Origin: Chrysemys picta bellii
Lineage: Eukaryota
DNA length: 64,000 nucleotides
Assembly (NCBI RefSeq): GCF_011386835.1
Contig: NC_088797.1
Span: 32,860,001-32,924,000, forward strand
Reading direction: 5' to 3'
The position numbers and the translations under genes were made by a program. The stretch's first letter is position 1. Each line of letters begins with the position of its first letter. Positions 1 through 10,312 of the stretch are shown here, piece after piece. The notes beneath the pieces are model-generated. The model saw only the letters and a list, made by a program, of their open reading frames with translations, had not been told where the DNA came from and ran no database searches.

Positions 1-423
1 TACTTCAGAGGGGCTGTAGTGATTAGAGTGGGGGAGCTGGGATTCAGGACTCCTGGGTTCAATGCCCAGTTCTGGGCAGGGAGTGGGAGTCAGGACTCCT
101 TGATTCTTTTGGTGGCTCTGAGGCAAAGTGTATTAGGCTGGTGACCCAGTGAAGATTTGTAAATAATCCTGGATAATTTAATATTAGATTTTGTAATATT
201 TATTAACAGAACCCCGGAATCCTGATGCCCAGCGCCCCTGCTATAACCACTAGCCCACCCTGCCTGTACACTCTGGGACCACCCCAGGTCGTTCCTTCAC
301 ATGCTGGGTGTCTGTGTTCCATTGGTGGGTTCAGGACATGTCCCCGGCCAGGGCTGTGTGTGTCTCTGTGCTGCAAGCTCCCTGCCCTGAGCTCTTAGTG
401 GTTCCCTCTCTGCAGAGCCCTCC

Positions 424-561
424 ATGGCTGAGATCATGATGAAGAAGGGGCTCCCCCTGGCTGGCCGGACCCTGGGGGAGTTCCCAATATCCCCTCTTCG
501 CTTTGTGTCAGCATCTGGGGGACGCCAGAGGAAACTGGACCGCTTCAGGAGAGGAGACAAG
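424..561 (+). CDS. COQ8A-like: COQ8A-like coding exon 1 ([10 protein letters not shown]...RRGDK); exon probably starts at 416
   Basis: Acceptor ccctctctgcag at 415, ATG at 424 with G at +4, donor AAG|gtacaa. Weakly resembles the COQ8A N-terminus (IMVAKGL) and is phase-compatible with the next exon. Confidence 0.6.
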
Positions 562-3500
562 GTACAAATGGGTCTGGCCAGAAGATTAGAATCATAGCAA
601 TGTAGGGCCGGAAGGAGTCTTGAGGGGTCATTAAGTCCAGCCCCCTGCGCTGAGGCAGGGCCAAGTAAACCCAGAGCATCCCTGACAGGTGTTTGTCCAA
701 CCTATTCTTAAAACCCTCCCATGACTGGGATTCCACAGCCTCCCCTGGCAGCCTGTTCCAGAGCTTAACTACCCTTAGAAAGTTTTTCTTAATATCTAAA
801 CTAAATCTCCCTTGCTGCAGATTAAGCCCATTCAGGGCCGGCTCTGGCTTTTTGGCAGCCCCAAGCAAAAAAAAAAAACAAACAAAAAATGGGGCGGCCA
901 GAACAGCAAAGCAAAAAAAAAAACAAAAAAACACCAGTGATCTGTGCGCCGGAGCACGGGTGCAGGGGGACCGGCTAGTGTGGGGGGGAAGGGAGCGGGC
1001 GGGAGAGAGAGAGAAGGGGGGCGGCCAGGGCTACAGCAGGGCGCTGCCACGCGACCCGTCCCGCCGCGCCGCGTGCCGCCTGCCGGGAGGGCTCCGCTCC
1101 GGTCGGCGGGGAGGGAAGGACGAGGACTGCCCTGCCTGGCTTGCTGCAGGGCGCTCCCGTCCTCCACGCCGCCGCCCCCTACAGGGCGGCCGGAGCGGAA
1201 ACAAAAAAAAGAAAAAAAAAACGGCCTGGCTGCCCTAGGATTGGGCGGAATGCCGCCTCGTTCAATCCGCCCCAAGCACCCGCTTGCTCAGCTGGTGCCT
1301 GGAGCCGGCCCTGAGCCCATTACTTCGTGTCCTGTCTCCAGTGGACACAGAGAACAATTGATCCCCGTACTCTTTATAACAGCCCTTTACATATTTGAAG
1401 TCTGTTATCATGTCCGATTCTCTGACGGGAGTGTGTGTATTGGGAATGGGATACGGGGCCTTTCCCCTCTAGGGGATGCCAGCTCCAATCTGGTCCCAGG
1501 ATGGGAGGACTGGATGACCCAAGGGGGCTAGGAATGGTGCCTGGGGCCTTTCCTCTCTAGGGGACACTGTTGCTGATCTGGCTATAGGGTGGGAGGGCAG
1601 GCTGGCTTGTGGGGGGAGGAGACTGGGACAAGGGGTACCAGACAGTATCCCAGCCCCCACCCATAAAGGGGTGATGTTTCTCCCCTTTCCCAGACTTGCA
1701 GCTCTGACTGGACCATTACGCCTGGGGTTATCCCAAAATCCTTTGCCAGTCCCAGACCTGCTCGCCCAGGGTGCTGGTCTTCTGTGCTGGGGCAAGGGGC
1801 TGGCTCTCTGCTCTGGACACCACAGCTGGACCATGTCCTGTCTCTCTTCCTGGTCCGCTCCATGGGCCCCTGGCGTTTGTACCATCAGAACTCTCCTGCA
1901 GTGGGCAGGCTGACAGCTGAAGACGTGCAAAAGGCCAGAGACACCAAGGTGCCACCCATCCGGCCCTACAGACATATGGTAAGGGGGTGGGTCTAGTGGT
2001 TAGGGCAGGGGTCTGGGAATCAGGGTACCTGGGCTCTATTCTCAATTCAGGGAGGGGAGGAATGTAGTGGTTAGAGCAGGGAGTCAGGACTCCTGGGTTC
2101 TATCCTCAGCTATGGGACAAATTTTAAATTAATGGAGATATCCCATCTCCTAGAACTGTAAGGGACCTTGAAAGGTCATCGAGTCCAGCCCCCTGCCTTC
2201 ACTAGCAGGACCAAGTACTGGTTTTGCCCCAGATCCCCAAGTGGCCCCCTCAAGGATTGAACTCACAACCCTGGGTTTAGCAGGCCAATGCTCAAACCAT
2301 TGAGCTATCCCTCCCCCAAGAGTGGGGTCTAGTGAGTTAGAGCAAGGGGGCTGGGAGACAGGACTCCTGGGTTTTATTTCTGTCTGAGACCAGGCAGTGG
2401 GTAGGAGTACACAGGGCTTTCTGCTCCCATGCTGCCATGGGGGGAGACAGGCGCTGTCTGGGAGAGTCACCTCTGCTCTGTTTTGCAGCTCAGTGACAAA
2501 TCTTGTGAGCGGAAGGTCCCTGCAACTCGGCTCGGCAGGCTGGCCAACTTTGGGGGTAAGAAGCATTCAGCACATGCCCTGATAAAGGAAAATCTTCCCT
2601 GCACAAGGGCCCCAGCTGACCCAGGGGACGGGACATGGGGCATTTCTCCTCTAGGGGGTCCCAGCTTCAATCTTCATTGTCAGAGGGGCCCAGCGTTGAA
2701 CAGGTCATGGAGGCTGAGTTGGCGGGGGATGGGTCCCTGTGGGGTCAGGAGAGGCAGCTCAGCACGGGGTGCTGTGTTGTGTATAGCACGAGCCCTGCTG
2801 CACCCGGTCTGGACAGACACACACAGAGGCTGGCAAGCTAGTCTCCAGGGGAACAGGAGACAGTAGATCAGGAAGGAAAGTGTTCCCAGGGGCCGTGTCA
2901 GCAGCTCCATGGGGTTTAAGGGGTGACTTGTTGGATGCTTTGTGGGGCGGGTGGCTCTGGAGGTCAGTGTGCGGGTGGCTTGGTACTCCCCTCCCCCAGT
3001 GGAGCAGTGAAGTAGGGCTGGTTGGCCTGGTGTGTTATTCCTCCACTCTGTCCCCTAGGCTTAGCCGTGAGTGTCGGGATCGGGGTCCTGGTGGAAGCTG
3101 CCAAGAAATCCTTCCGGGCAGAAACAGTTGTGAAAGGTGAGTGAAGGACACTGGTGGCAGCCCACTCACACACTTGGACAGGCACAATCAGAATCTCCCT
3201 TGCACGCTCAGACACACTGGTGGTCGGGTATGGACACAATCAGAATCCTTCTCACACATTCAGATATGGTCCTGGTCAAGTACAGAGATAACTGAAATCC
3301 CTCTCGCACACTCAGACACTCCTGTGGTCAGGTACAGACACAATTGGAACCCCCCTTGCACGCTCATTCACATGTACACATGTGGACACACATGTGCTCT
3401 TGTGAATACACCTGGGGCCCTTTTACACTAACAGTAGCAGTGTTGGAAGCTGCTTTGGGGGGAGGGGCTCAATGCACAAGTAATCACGCTTGGGCACCTG

Positions 3501-6500
3501 CATACGTAGAATCTCACACTCCCTGGCTCACATGCACGCTCAATGTCTTGCACTATTGGACACCCATCTCCATGGTGCACTGAGGCTGCCTGGAGACCCC
3601 TGCCCTGTGTGTGCGCAATGGGAGTGGGGCACATCTTTCCTGTGACCTCATTGTCTCCTGTGTGGATTGGGGGAGAACAGCAGGTCACAACCCAAGGGCT
3701 TGAACCCGTGGCGTGGGCTGGAGGGCAGGGCGCCAGCTGGGCCAAATGGCTGGTGTGATTCTAGCGCCAGAGGGAGCAGGGGATTTGGATGTGGCCACCA
3801 GGCAGGGCTGGGCCCCTTGCCAGCAGGATTTTTCCAGTGATGTGGGGGGCAGGGGCAGTACTAGTGCTGGCTGGTTGGAAAGTATTCATTGCAGGGGGGG
3901 AGGGTGAACAAATCGTTTTGTTTGGGCTTCAGAGCCTCTGGGAACGATTTGTCACTGGAAATGGAAGGACGTGTTAGATCAAAAAGTCGCTTCAAGTTGC
4001 AAAATTGCAACATTTTGTTTCAGCGCTGGCCCAGCCGGCCCCTGTGATTTCTCCTGAATTGTGCTGAAGGTTTGAAAAATGTCTTTAAACGAAAAAAGTG
4101 GCAAATCCACAGGCCTTTGGGAGAGGTTTGGGGGTCATGGAATTGCCGTTTGTCAGTGAAGTAACAGGTGGGGTGAAAAGGGTCACCCAGTGAACAACAT
4201 CCCTCCCTCCCCCCCGGAAGGGGGTACTTGGCTGCCAGATCTGTGATGCTGTGGTTGACAGGCAGGGATCCATGCTGTTGGTGGGGGTCTCCCCAGAGGT
4301 TATGGGGGGTTAGCTCTGACCTGACCACTCCTTTGCTCTCCCCCAACCCCCAGGTGAGCCGTCACCCTCGAGCTCAGGTGCCCTCCTGTCTGAAGCCAAT
4401 GCAGAGCGGATCGTCAGGACCCTGTGCAAGGTGCGGGGTGCGGCCCTGAAACTCGGCCAGATGCTGAGCATCCAAGGTGAGGAGGTGGGAGGATTGGGAG
4501 GGGGGCAGCCAACACCCCCAAATCCAGGGCAGGATCATTCCCTACAGCCTATTTGCCAGGGCTCCCTAGCACTGAACTCCACTGCGTCCCCCAAGTGTGG
4601 GGCTTGCTGCAGGGACAGTTCCCCAGCCAGACCCCCCTTCGCTCTGCCCAGTGTCACCCCACTGCTCCTTCCCTGCAGCCTGGTGTCATGAGGAGTGGCA
4701 TCCCCAATGTCACATCCCCCCCAGCGCAGCCTCTGATGCTCCCCCCTGCTTTGTACCCCCCAGATGACGCTCTTATTAACCCTGCGCTCCAGAAGATCTT
4801 TGAGAGGGTCAGGCACAGCGCCGACTTCATGCCCACTAAGCAAATGATGGTGAGTGGGGTGTGGGAGGGGACAGACTCGGAAGGTGGGAGGACTGGGGGG
4901 GGGGCCCATGGGAAGGTGGGGGGGCAAACCTGAGATGTGCGGGGGCAAGAGGTGGGGGTGGTTGGCACTGACCCTGCTATTCTCCCTTCTCCATGCAGGG
5001 GGTGCTGCACAGCGAACTGGGCCCAGACTGGCGCAGGCGGCTGGCCTGGTTCGAGGAGCGCCCCTTCGCTGCTGCTTCCATTGGGCAGGTGCATCTGGCA
5101 CAGCTGCTGGATGGGCGCAATGTGGCCATGAAAATCCAGGTATCAGCAGGGCTCAGGCGAGCCCAGATCCCCCTGCAGGCAGCCCGAACTCCCAGCAAGC
5201 AGAGCAGCGGCCATGTGGAGGCTGGTCTTCCTGGGTCGCTGGTGGCAGCCATGTTAGAGGCTGCTTCCCCTGGAGCACTGGGCAAAGGTGGCCATGTTGG
5301 AGGCCAGTTCCCCTGGTGCACTGGTGGCCATGTTGGAAGCTGGTTTCCCGGGGCACTGGGTGGCAGTGATTTCACCCCATCCAATTGGCCGCCATGTCCC
5401 AGTCTGGCCCTCTGTGGCTGATGCCTGTTTGCCCAAGGGGCTGATGGGAAAGGTCTTGGCTTTGGACTGAAGGAGCTTCCCTCACCCACCTGCCAGTGGC
5501 TACATTTAACTTCCCACTCTGGCTCCTTTGAGGACCTCGATACCCCCATGTGCCTCCTTTGGTTCATGACATCTGTGCCATGGGCAGGCCCTGTGGCCCC
5601 TGGGTCTGACTCCGTTTCCCTTTCCCCCAGTACCCAGGCATTGCCCAGAGCATCAACAGTGATGTCCGGAACCTCATCTCCCTACTGAGTCTGAGCAACG
5701 CGCTGCCTGAAGGTACCAGGTCCCAAGCCCAAGGGCCCACATTCCCCCCTGGGTGCTACCACGCCTTGCCCCCTCCTGGTCCCAAGAGAGCCCAAGCCCT
5801 CCTAAGCCTTCCCCCAAGAGTTGGGACCCTGGTGTCCTGGCCAAATCCCAACTCTTCTAATGACATTCTGCGAGCGTGGTGTGTGTGGGGACGGGGCTGG
5901 GAGCCAGGACTCCTGGGTTTCAAGCTTGACCATATGTGGCTTTGGGCAAGTCCCCTCCCCTCTGGGAGCCTCAGTTTCCCTGTCTCTGGAATGGGGATAG
6001 TGACAGAGGGTGTGACTCACTCTGGGCTCCTACGTGCTGGGCTGAGCTGAGTGCTGGCACTGATGTTCCTTCCTTGCTCGCTTCCCCGCAGGGCTTTTCC
6101 CTGAACATGCCATCGAGGTAATGAGCCGTGAGCTGGCCTTGGAGTGCGACTACAAGCGGGAGGCTGCCTGTGCCACGAGATTTCAGTAAGTGCCCATGTC
6201 AGTGTCACATCCACACTGGCCCAGTCGCCCAGGAGATGGTACAGTCAGCCATTCTGGCACACTTGCCTGGGGGCTGGTGTTGTCAGCCACACTGGCACAA
6301 TCACCTGGAAGAGTGGTACAGTTGGCCACTCCGGCACAGTTGCCCGGGAGATGGTACACACTGGCCCAACCGCCTGGTAAAGGGATGGTACAGGCAGCCG
6401 CTCTGGCACAGTCACCATGGAGATGGTACAGGCGACCACCCAGGCACAGTCCCCCAGTGTGTGTGTGTGTGTGTTGGGGGGGTTAGGCTGGTACAGAGCC

Positions 6501-9244
6501 CACACTGACAAAGCCTCTCCTGTTACGTTGCCCCCACAGGCAGCTGTTGCAGGGTGACCCGGTGTTCTATGTGCCGTCGGTGATCAGTGAGCTGAGCACC
6601 CAGCGGGTACTGACCACGGAGTTGGTGCCCGGCTTCCCCCTCGACCAGGCCCAGGGGCTGGACCAGGAGACACGCAACATGGTGAGGGGGGGGAAAGACA
6701 CTTGCATGCACACAGGATCCCACGTGCTGGGACACACTCCTAGTCTCTCTCTCACCCCCTCTTGGGATCTCCCTCTTGGATGCCCTCTGCTCACGCCTGC
6801 CTCAGGATCCTGCACCCGCAGACCCCGTTCCATGCCTGACCCTTTTCACCTTAACTCTGGGACGTGGAGCCAGTGCTGCTGCTATCGGAGGGGGGCAGTT
6901 CCCAGCCTGATCCTAGCGAGGGAGGGGGCCTGTCATGGGGAGGGGGAGAGCAGGGCTGGGGGCCATTGTGTTCAGTGCTGGGCTCTCTCTCGTCCCCACA
7001 GATCTGCTCCAGTATCCTGGATCTGTGCGTGCGGGAGCTCTTCCACTTCCGCTACATGCAGACCGACCCCAACTGGTCCAACTTCTTCTATGATCCACAC
7101 AGCGGCAAGGTACGGACACCTCCCGTTGCCCTCCATATCAGAGCCAGCCAGCAGCGAGCCCTTTCCCTGAAGGGGGAGACCCTCTACAGTCCCCCCATGT
7201 CAGAGCCAGCCAGCCACGACCCACTTCTCTGAATGGGGAAACCCCTACAGCCCCCCCATGTCAGAACCAGCCAGCCATGACCCCCCCTATTTGGAGTTTT
7301 TTTTAAAGGGGCTCCTATTACTCCCCCACCCCCGTCACAATTTTTCACACTTGCTGTCTGGTCACCCTACCCTTCCCTGAATGGGGGAGCCCCCTACTGC
7401 CCCCTGTGTTGCTGCAGTCCTCTTCCCAGCATAGAAAGAGACCCACCACCCCACACATCTGCCCCCTCCCCACTGCGCCTCTGTCTTTCCATGTCACAGT
7501 CTGCCAGCCATGCCCCCTCCCAATATGGGGGGATTCTCCCCTGCATCCTGTCTCCCTTCTACAAGCAGTGATCTACTACCCCCACCCCACATGTCCCCAC
7601 ACTATGCCCCTGCCCCCCATGCCACAGCCTGCCAACTGTGCCTGAATGGGCTGAGGCCCACCCTGCATGGCTGAGACCCCCACTCCCTCCCTCCCATCAG
7701 CTCCCCCTCCCCCAGCTGCACTCCTCACTATGAACCCCTCAACCATGTCCTACCACCCCGCCACGTGCCTAGCCCATGTACCCCATTCCAATCATGTGGG
7801 AGATATGGTCTGGATGCTCAGTGCCAACCTGCCCCACAAATGTAACACGTCCAACGGTACTGTCCCTAGGGCACAGCTTGGGGGCCTCCCCCTGACCACG
7901 GGCAGCTGCACTCCCCTCCCCCAGTAGTGTCACTCAGTTTGGGTCCAGGCAGCCCAACTCCTCCCCCGGCCAGCACTTAACAGTGTGATTTTTGGGGGAG
8001 GGTGGGCTGATCCCTCCCCAGCCCCCACAGCCCATCCCAGACCAGGGTTTCTCAGCTGATTCTGACCCACTCTTCCCTGTGTTGGACATCAGGTGGCGCT
8101 GCTGGATTTCGGAGCCACCCGCAGCTTTGACAAGGCCTTTACGGATCAGTACATTGAGGTGAGACTACTGCTGTCCAGCAGGGGGTGCTGCAGGGAGGAA
8201 GGCAGGAGCTCTGGCTGTTGGGGGGAGCCCCTGGCTACTCCAGCCCTGGCCTCTCCCAGCAGAAGGTACTATAGGGAGTGGGGCAGGAGTGTTTTGAGCC
8301 CTGTGCCCATCTCACAAGGCCTCTGGGCTGCTCTGCTAATGGTTCCAGATCATTAAGGCTGCGGCTGAGGGCGACCGGGCTGGGGTGCTGCAGGGATCCA
8401 TTGCGCTTCGGTTCCTCACGGGCTATGAGACTCAGGTGAGACCCTTGGGCCCCTCCCTGGCCACAGCATGGGGATTGGGGGGACCAGTGCCCAGATGATG
8501 GGGGGCAGAACCCTGCTCCCCCCAGCCATCTCCATGCCTCCAACCTCTGCCCAACTTCGCTGGCTCTCCTAGCCAGTTCCCTGCACCTACTCCTGTCTGC
8601 CTGTGTGCTCCCCTCGGTAACCTCTGTGCTCCCGGGTCCTGCCCACCTCCCCATACCTCTGCACCCTCAGCTCCCTCTGTCTCCCCTGCTACCTGACCCC
8701 ACCCTATGTCTCCCAGGCCCTGCTCACTGCCTCAGTCCCCTCTATGCCCCCCACCCTGTACTCTAACCCCCTCCATGCCCGCTTCGGTCCCGTCCACCAT
8801 GTTTCCCTCCAATCCCTGCCCACCCACTCAGCCCTCTCTGTGCCCCTCAGGTGCTCTCACACCACCCTGACCCCTCATGTCCCCCAAGCTCCCAGCCTAC
8901 CCCCCCATGCCCCACCTGCCCCCAGGCGTCCTGCCCTGGGCCTATCCTATGCTCCTCTCCCCCAGGCAATGAAGGATGCCCACGTAGACGCTGTGATGAT
9001 TCTGGGTGAGGCCTTTGCTGCCGACAGCCCCTTTGACTTTGGGGCCCAGAACACGACGCACCGCATCCACACCCTCCTGCCCATCATGCTGCAACACCGC
9101 CTGACACCGCCCCCTGAGGAGACCTACTCCCTCCACCGCAAGATGGCCGGCTCCTTCCTCATCTGTGCCCGGCTTGGTGCCCGCATCCCCTGCCGGCCCA
9201 TCTTCCGCCAGGCCTATGCCCGCTACTGGGGCCGGGAGGGCTGA
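424..9244 (+). CDS. COQ8A-like: COQ8A-like (ADCK3/UbiB-family) atypical mitochondrial kinase, full CDS: join(424-561,1694-1978,2489-2555,3059-3136,4354-4476,4764-4849,4999-5139,5631-5712,6092-6185,6540-6681,7002-7109,8093-8158,8349-8435,8966-9244) = 1776 nt, 591 aa
   Basis: Manually spliced. All introns are GT-AG, phases are consistent and there is no internal stop. KxGQ (ALKLGQ), A-rich loop ([11 protein letters not shown]), VAMKIQ lysine, TDPNWSNF catalytic loop and DFG are intact. Diagnostic residues ([46 protein letters not shown]) resemble COQ8A more than COQ8B. Confidence 0.92.
586..1412 (-). mobile_element. CR1 LINE 3' end fragment, interrupted by a MITE
   Basis: Minus-strand translation [25 protein letters not shown]...FKNRLDKHL is the CR1 ORF2 C-terminus, followed by the CR1 3' tail. 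The element resumes after 1321. Confidence 0.85.
833..1313. mobile_element. Non-autonomous hAT-type DNA transposon (MITE)
   Basis: TIR CAGGGCCGGCTC...GAGCCGGCCCTG; perfect 8-bp TSD AGCCCATT (825-832, 1314-1321). Confidence 0.9.
1694..1978 (+). CDS. COQ8A-like: COQ8A-like coding exon 2 (...[22 protein letters not shown]...RHM)
   Basis: Pyrimidine tract tttctcccctttcccag, 95 open codons, similarity to COQ8A HQDQSPVGGLTAEDIEKAR, donor ATG|gtaag. The 5' boundary is less certain than the 3'. Confidence 0.75.
2122..2317 (-). mobile_element. Tortoise Pol III SINE (tRNA-derived head + CR1-derived tail)
   Basis: Reverse strand reads GGGGGAGGGATAGCTCAATGGTTTGAGCATTGG...GAGTTCAATCC (A and B boxes), then the CR1-like tail GGACTCGATGACCTTTCAAGGTCCCTTACAGTTCT. 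Confidence 0.85.
2489..2555 (+). CDS. COQ8A-like: COQ8A-like exon 3 ([22 protein letters not shown])
   Basis: ttttgcag acceptor, gtaag donor, ERKVP..RLANFGG motif. Confidence 0.93.
3059..3136 (+). CDS. COQ8A-like: COQ8A-like exon 4 (TM helix [17 protein letters not shown])
   Basis: cccctag acceptor, gtgagt donor, homologous to COQ8 TM segment. Confidence 0.9.
3140..3400. repeat. Intronic minisatellite (~55-60 nt degenerate unit)
   Basis: Recurring cacactcagacac...ggtcaggta.agacacaat.ggaa.ccc. Confidence 0.7.
4354..4476 (+). CDS. COQ8A-like: COQ8A-like exon 5 ([29 protein letters not shown]; KxGQ motif)
   Basis: Direct translation; AG/GT boundaries. Confidence 0.95.
4764..4849 (+). CDS. COQ8A-like: COQ8A-like exon 6 ([29 protein letters not shown])
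   Basis: Direct translation; AG/GT boundaries. Confidence 0.95.
4999..5139 (+). CDS. COQ8A-like: COQ8A-like exon 7 (A-rich loop AAAS, VAMKIQ)
   Basis: Direct translation; AG/GT boundaries. Confidence 0.95.
5195..5410. repeat. Intronic minisatellite (~35 nt unit)
   Basis: Recurring ggccatgttggaggctgcttcccctggagcactgg. Confidence 0.75.
5631..5712 (+). CDS. COQ8A-like: COQ8A-like exon 8 ([15 protein letters not shown]...LPE)
   Basis: Direct translation; tttcccccag / gtacc. Confidence 0.95.
6092..6185 (+). CDS. COQ8A-like: COQ8A-like exon 9 ([27 protein letters not shown])
   Basis: Direct translation; cttccccgcag / gtaag. Confidence 0.95.
6195..6460. repeat. Intronic minisatellite (~39 nt unit)
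   Basis: Recurring ggagatggtacagtcagccactctggcacagtcacc. Confidence 0.8.
6540..6681 (+). CDS. COQ8A-like: COQ8A-like exon 10 ([11 protein letters not shown]...[14 protein letters not shown])
   Basis: Direct translation; cccccacag / gtgag. Confidence 0.95.
7002..7109 (+). CDS. COQ8A-like: COQ8A-like exon 11 (catalytic [13 protein letters not shown])
   Basis: Direct translation; AG/GT boundaries. Confidence 0.95.
7130..7410. repeat. Intronic minisatellite (~60 nt unit)
   Basis: Recurring tcagagccagccagc...gaatggggga.ccctacagcccccccatg. Confidence 0.65.
8093..8158 (+). CDS. COQ8A-like: COQ8A-like exon 12 ([10 protein letters not shown])
   Basis: DFG motif; AG/GT boundaries. Confidence 0.95.
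8349..8435 (+). CDS. COQ8A-like: COQ8A-like exon 13 ([10 protein letters not shown]...FLTGYETQ)
   Basis: Direct translation; AG/GT boundaries. Confidence 0.93.
8966..9244 (+). CDS. COQ8A-like: COQ8A-like last coding exon ([17 protein letters not shown]...[13 protein letters not shown]...YWGREG*)
   Basis: Direct translation ending in TGA at 9242-9244. Confidence 0.95.
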   Translation, partial: AMKDAHVDAVMILGEAFAADSPFDFGAQNTTHRIHTLLPIMLQHRLTPPPEETYSLHRKMAGSFLICARLGARIPCRPIFRQAYARYWGREG

Positions 9245-9374
9245 GATTGCAGAATGTGGGTGGTGTCCTGGTAGGGTGGGGGGCCCAGCAGACATTTCGG
9301 GGTGTGGCACCCACAGGGGGATCCTGGGGGCTTACGGATGCCATCATGGAGAGTACATTGGGAGCCCCGCACCT

Positions 9375-9755
9375 TTGAATGATTGGAGTTTCAAGGAACC
9401 TTTCTGGGCTGGACTAAAGGGATTTTTTACGGAGACTTCATGGAATGATAGGAATTTCAACGGAGCCCTCAGGTTCGTGACAGTTTCAAGGGGGCTCTGA
9501 GAGACTGGAGAATTTCAAAGGGGCCCTCATAGAAGGGTGGGACTGGGAGTTTCAAGGGACCCTTATAGGTAGGTTTCAGGTGAGTTTTGAGGGAGCCCTC
9601 ATAGAATGAGAGGCGTTTTGAAGGAGCCCTCATAAAATGAGAGGAGTTTCAAGGGAGCCCTCAGGGATGTGGGAGTTTCAAGGGACCCTTATTAGGAAGT
9701 CTTATGTGAGTTTCGAGGGAGCTCTTACAGGATGATAAGATTTTTGAGGAAACCA
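9375..9755. repeat. Degenerate ~30-nt tandem repeat in probable COQ8-like 3' UTR
   Basis: Recurring ggagtttcaagggagccctcatagaatgag. Confidence 0.75.
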
Positions 9756-10089
9756 TTAAGAAAGTGAACACCAAGCAGAGGGAGCCGGGGAGGGGGTGAT
9801 TGGGTAATTGTCATGGACTTGAGGAAAGCTGGGGGGCTTCCCCTTTCCCACCCTGGTCATGCTGGTGAATTTTACACAGGGGAGCCCAAGGCCTGTCGCC
9901 AACTGTAACCCCTCCCGCCGCCATGAGCTTGCCCTCCATCCATCTCTGCACCCAACTGGGATCCCCCACCCAGAAACAGGCCCTGCGGCTCCATGGGGAA
10001 CCCTCCACTTCAAGCTGGCATCAGAGGCAGAGCAAAGGAGTTGATGTCATGACCCTCCCACAGCAGGGGAGCGACCCCATCTGTCTCCC

Positions 10090-10312
10090 AGTCTGCACGT
10101 ATCTCCCTAGCCAATGTAGTCCATGTGCATTGTGGTGTATGCCTGTCTTCCCCTAGGGGCAGCACCAGGCATTACAGCCCATGAACACTACAGGGTGTGC
10201 GCGCGTGTCCTCACCCAGAACCTGAGCCAGGCATTACAGTCCATGCACTTTACTGTATGGATATCTTCCTCTGTCTAGGGACAGCACCAGGCTGGGTGTT
10301 TGTGCATGTGTG
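10090..10312. repeat. ~55-60 nt tandem array, left half (continues at 12712-12930 after the retroelement)
   Basis: Unit tctccccctaggggcag..ccaggcatt..agtccat..acatt is present on both sides of the insertion. Confidence 0.7.

Noticed and set aside
693-1531. Long ORFs on both strands (181, 147, 195 aa)
   Set aside because: They lie over a GC-rich MITE and CR1 fragment, are low-complexity, and are inside a COQ8-like intron.
2250-2317. tRNA-like sequence on the minus strand
   Set aside because: It continues directly into a CR1-derived tail, so it is a SINE head and not a tRNA gene.
424-9244. Calling the kinase COQ8B
   Set aside because: Diagnostic residues match COQ8A ([34 protein letters not shown]), and the neighbourhood is not the COQ8B one.
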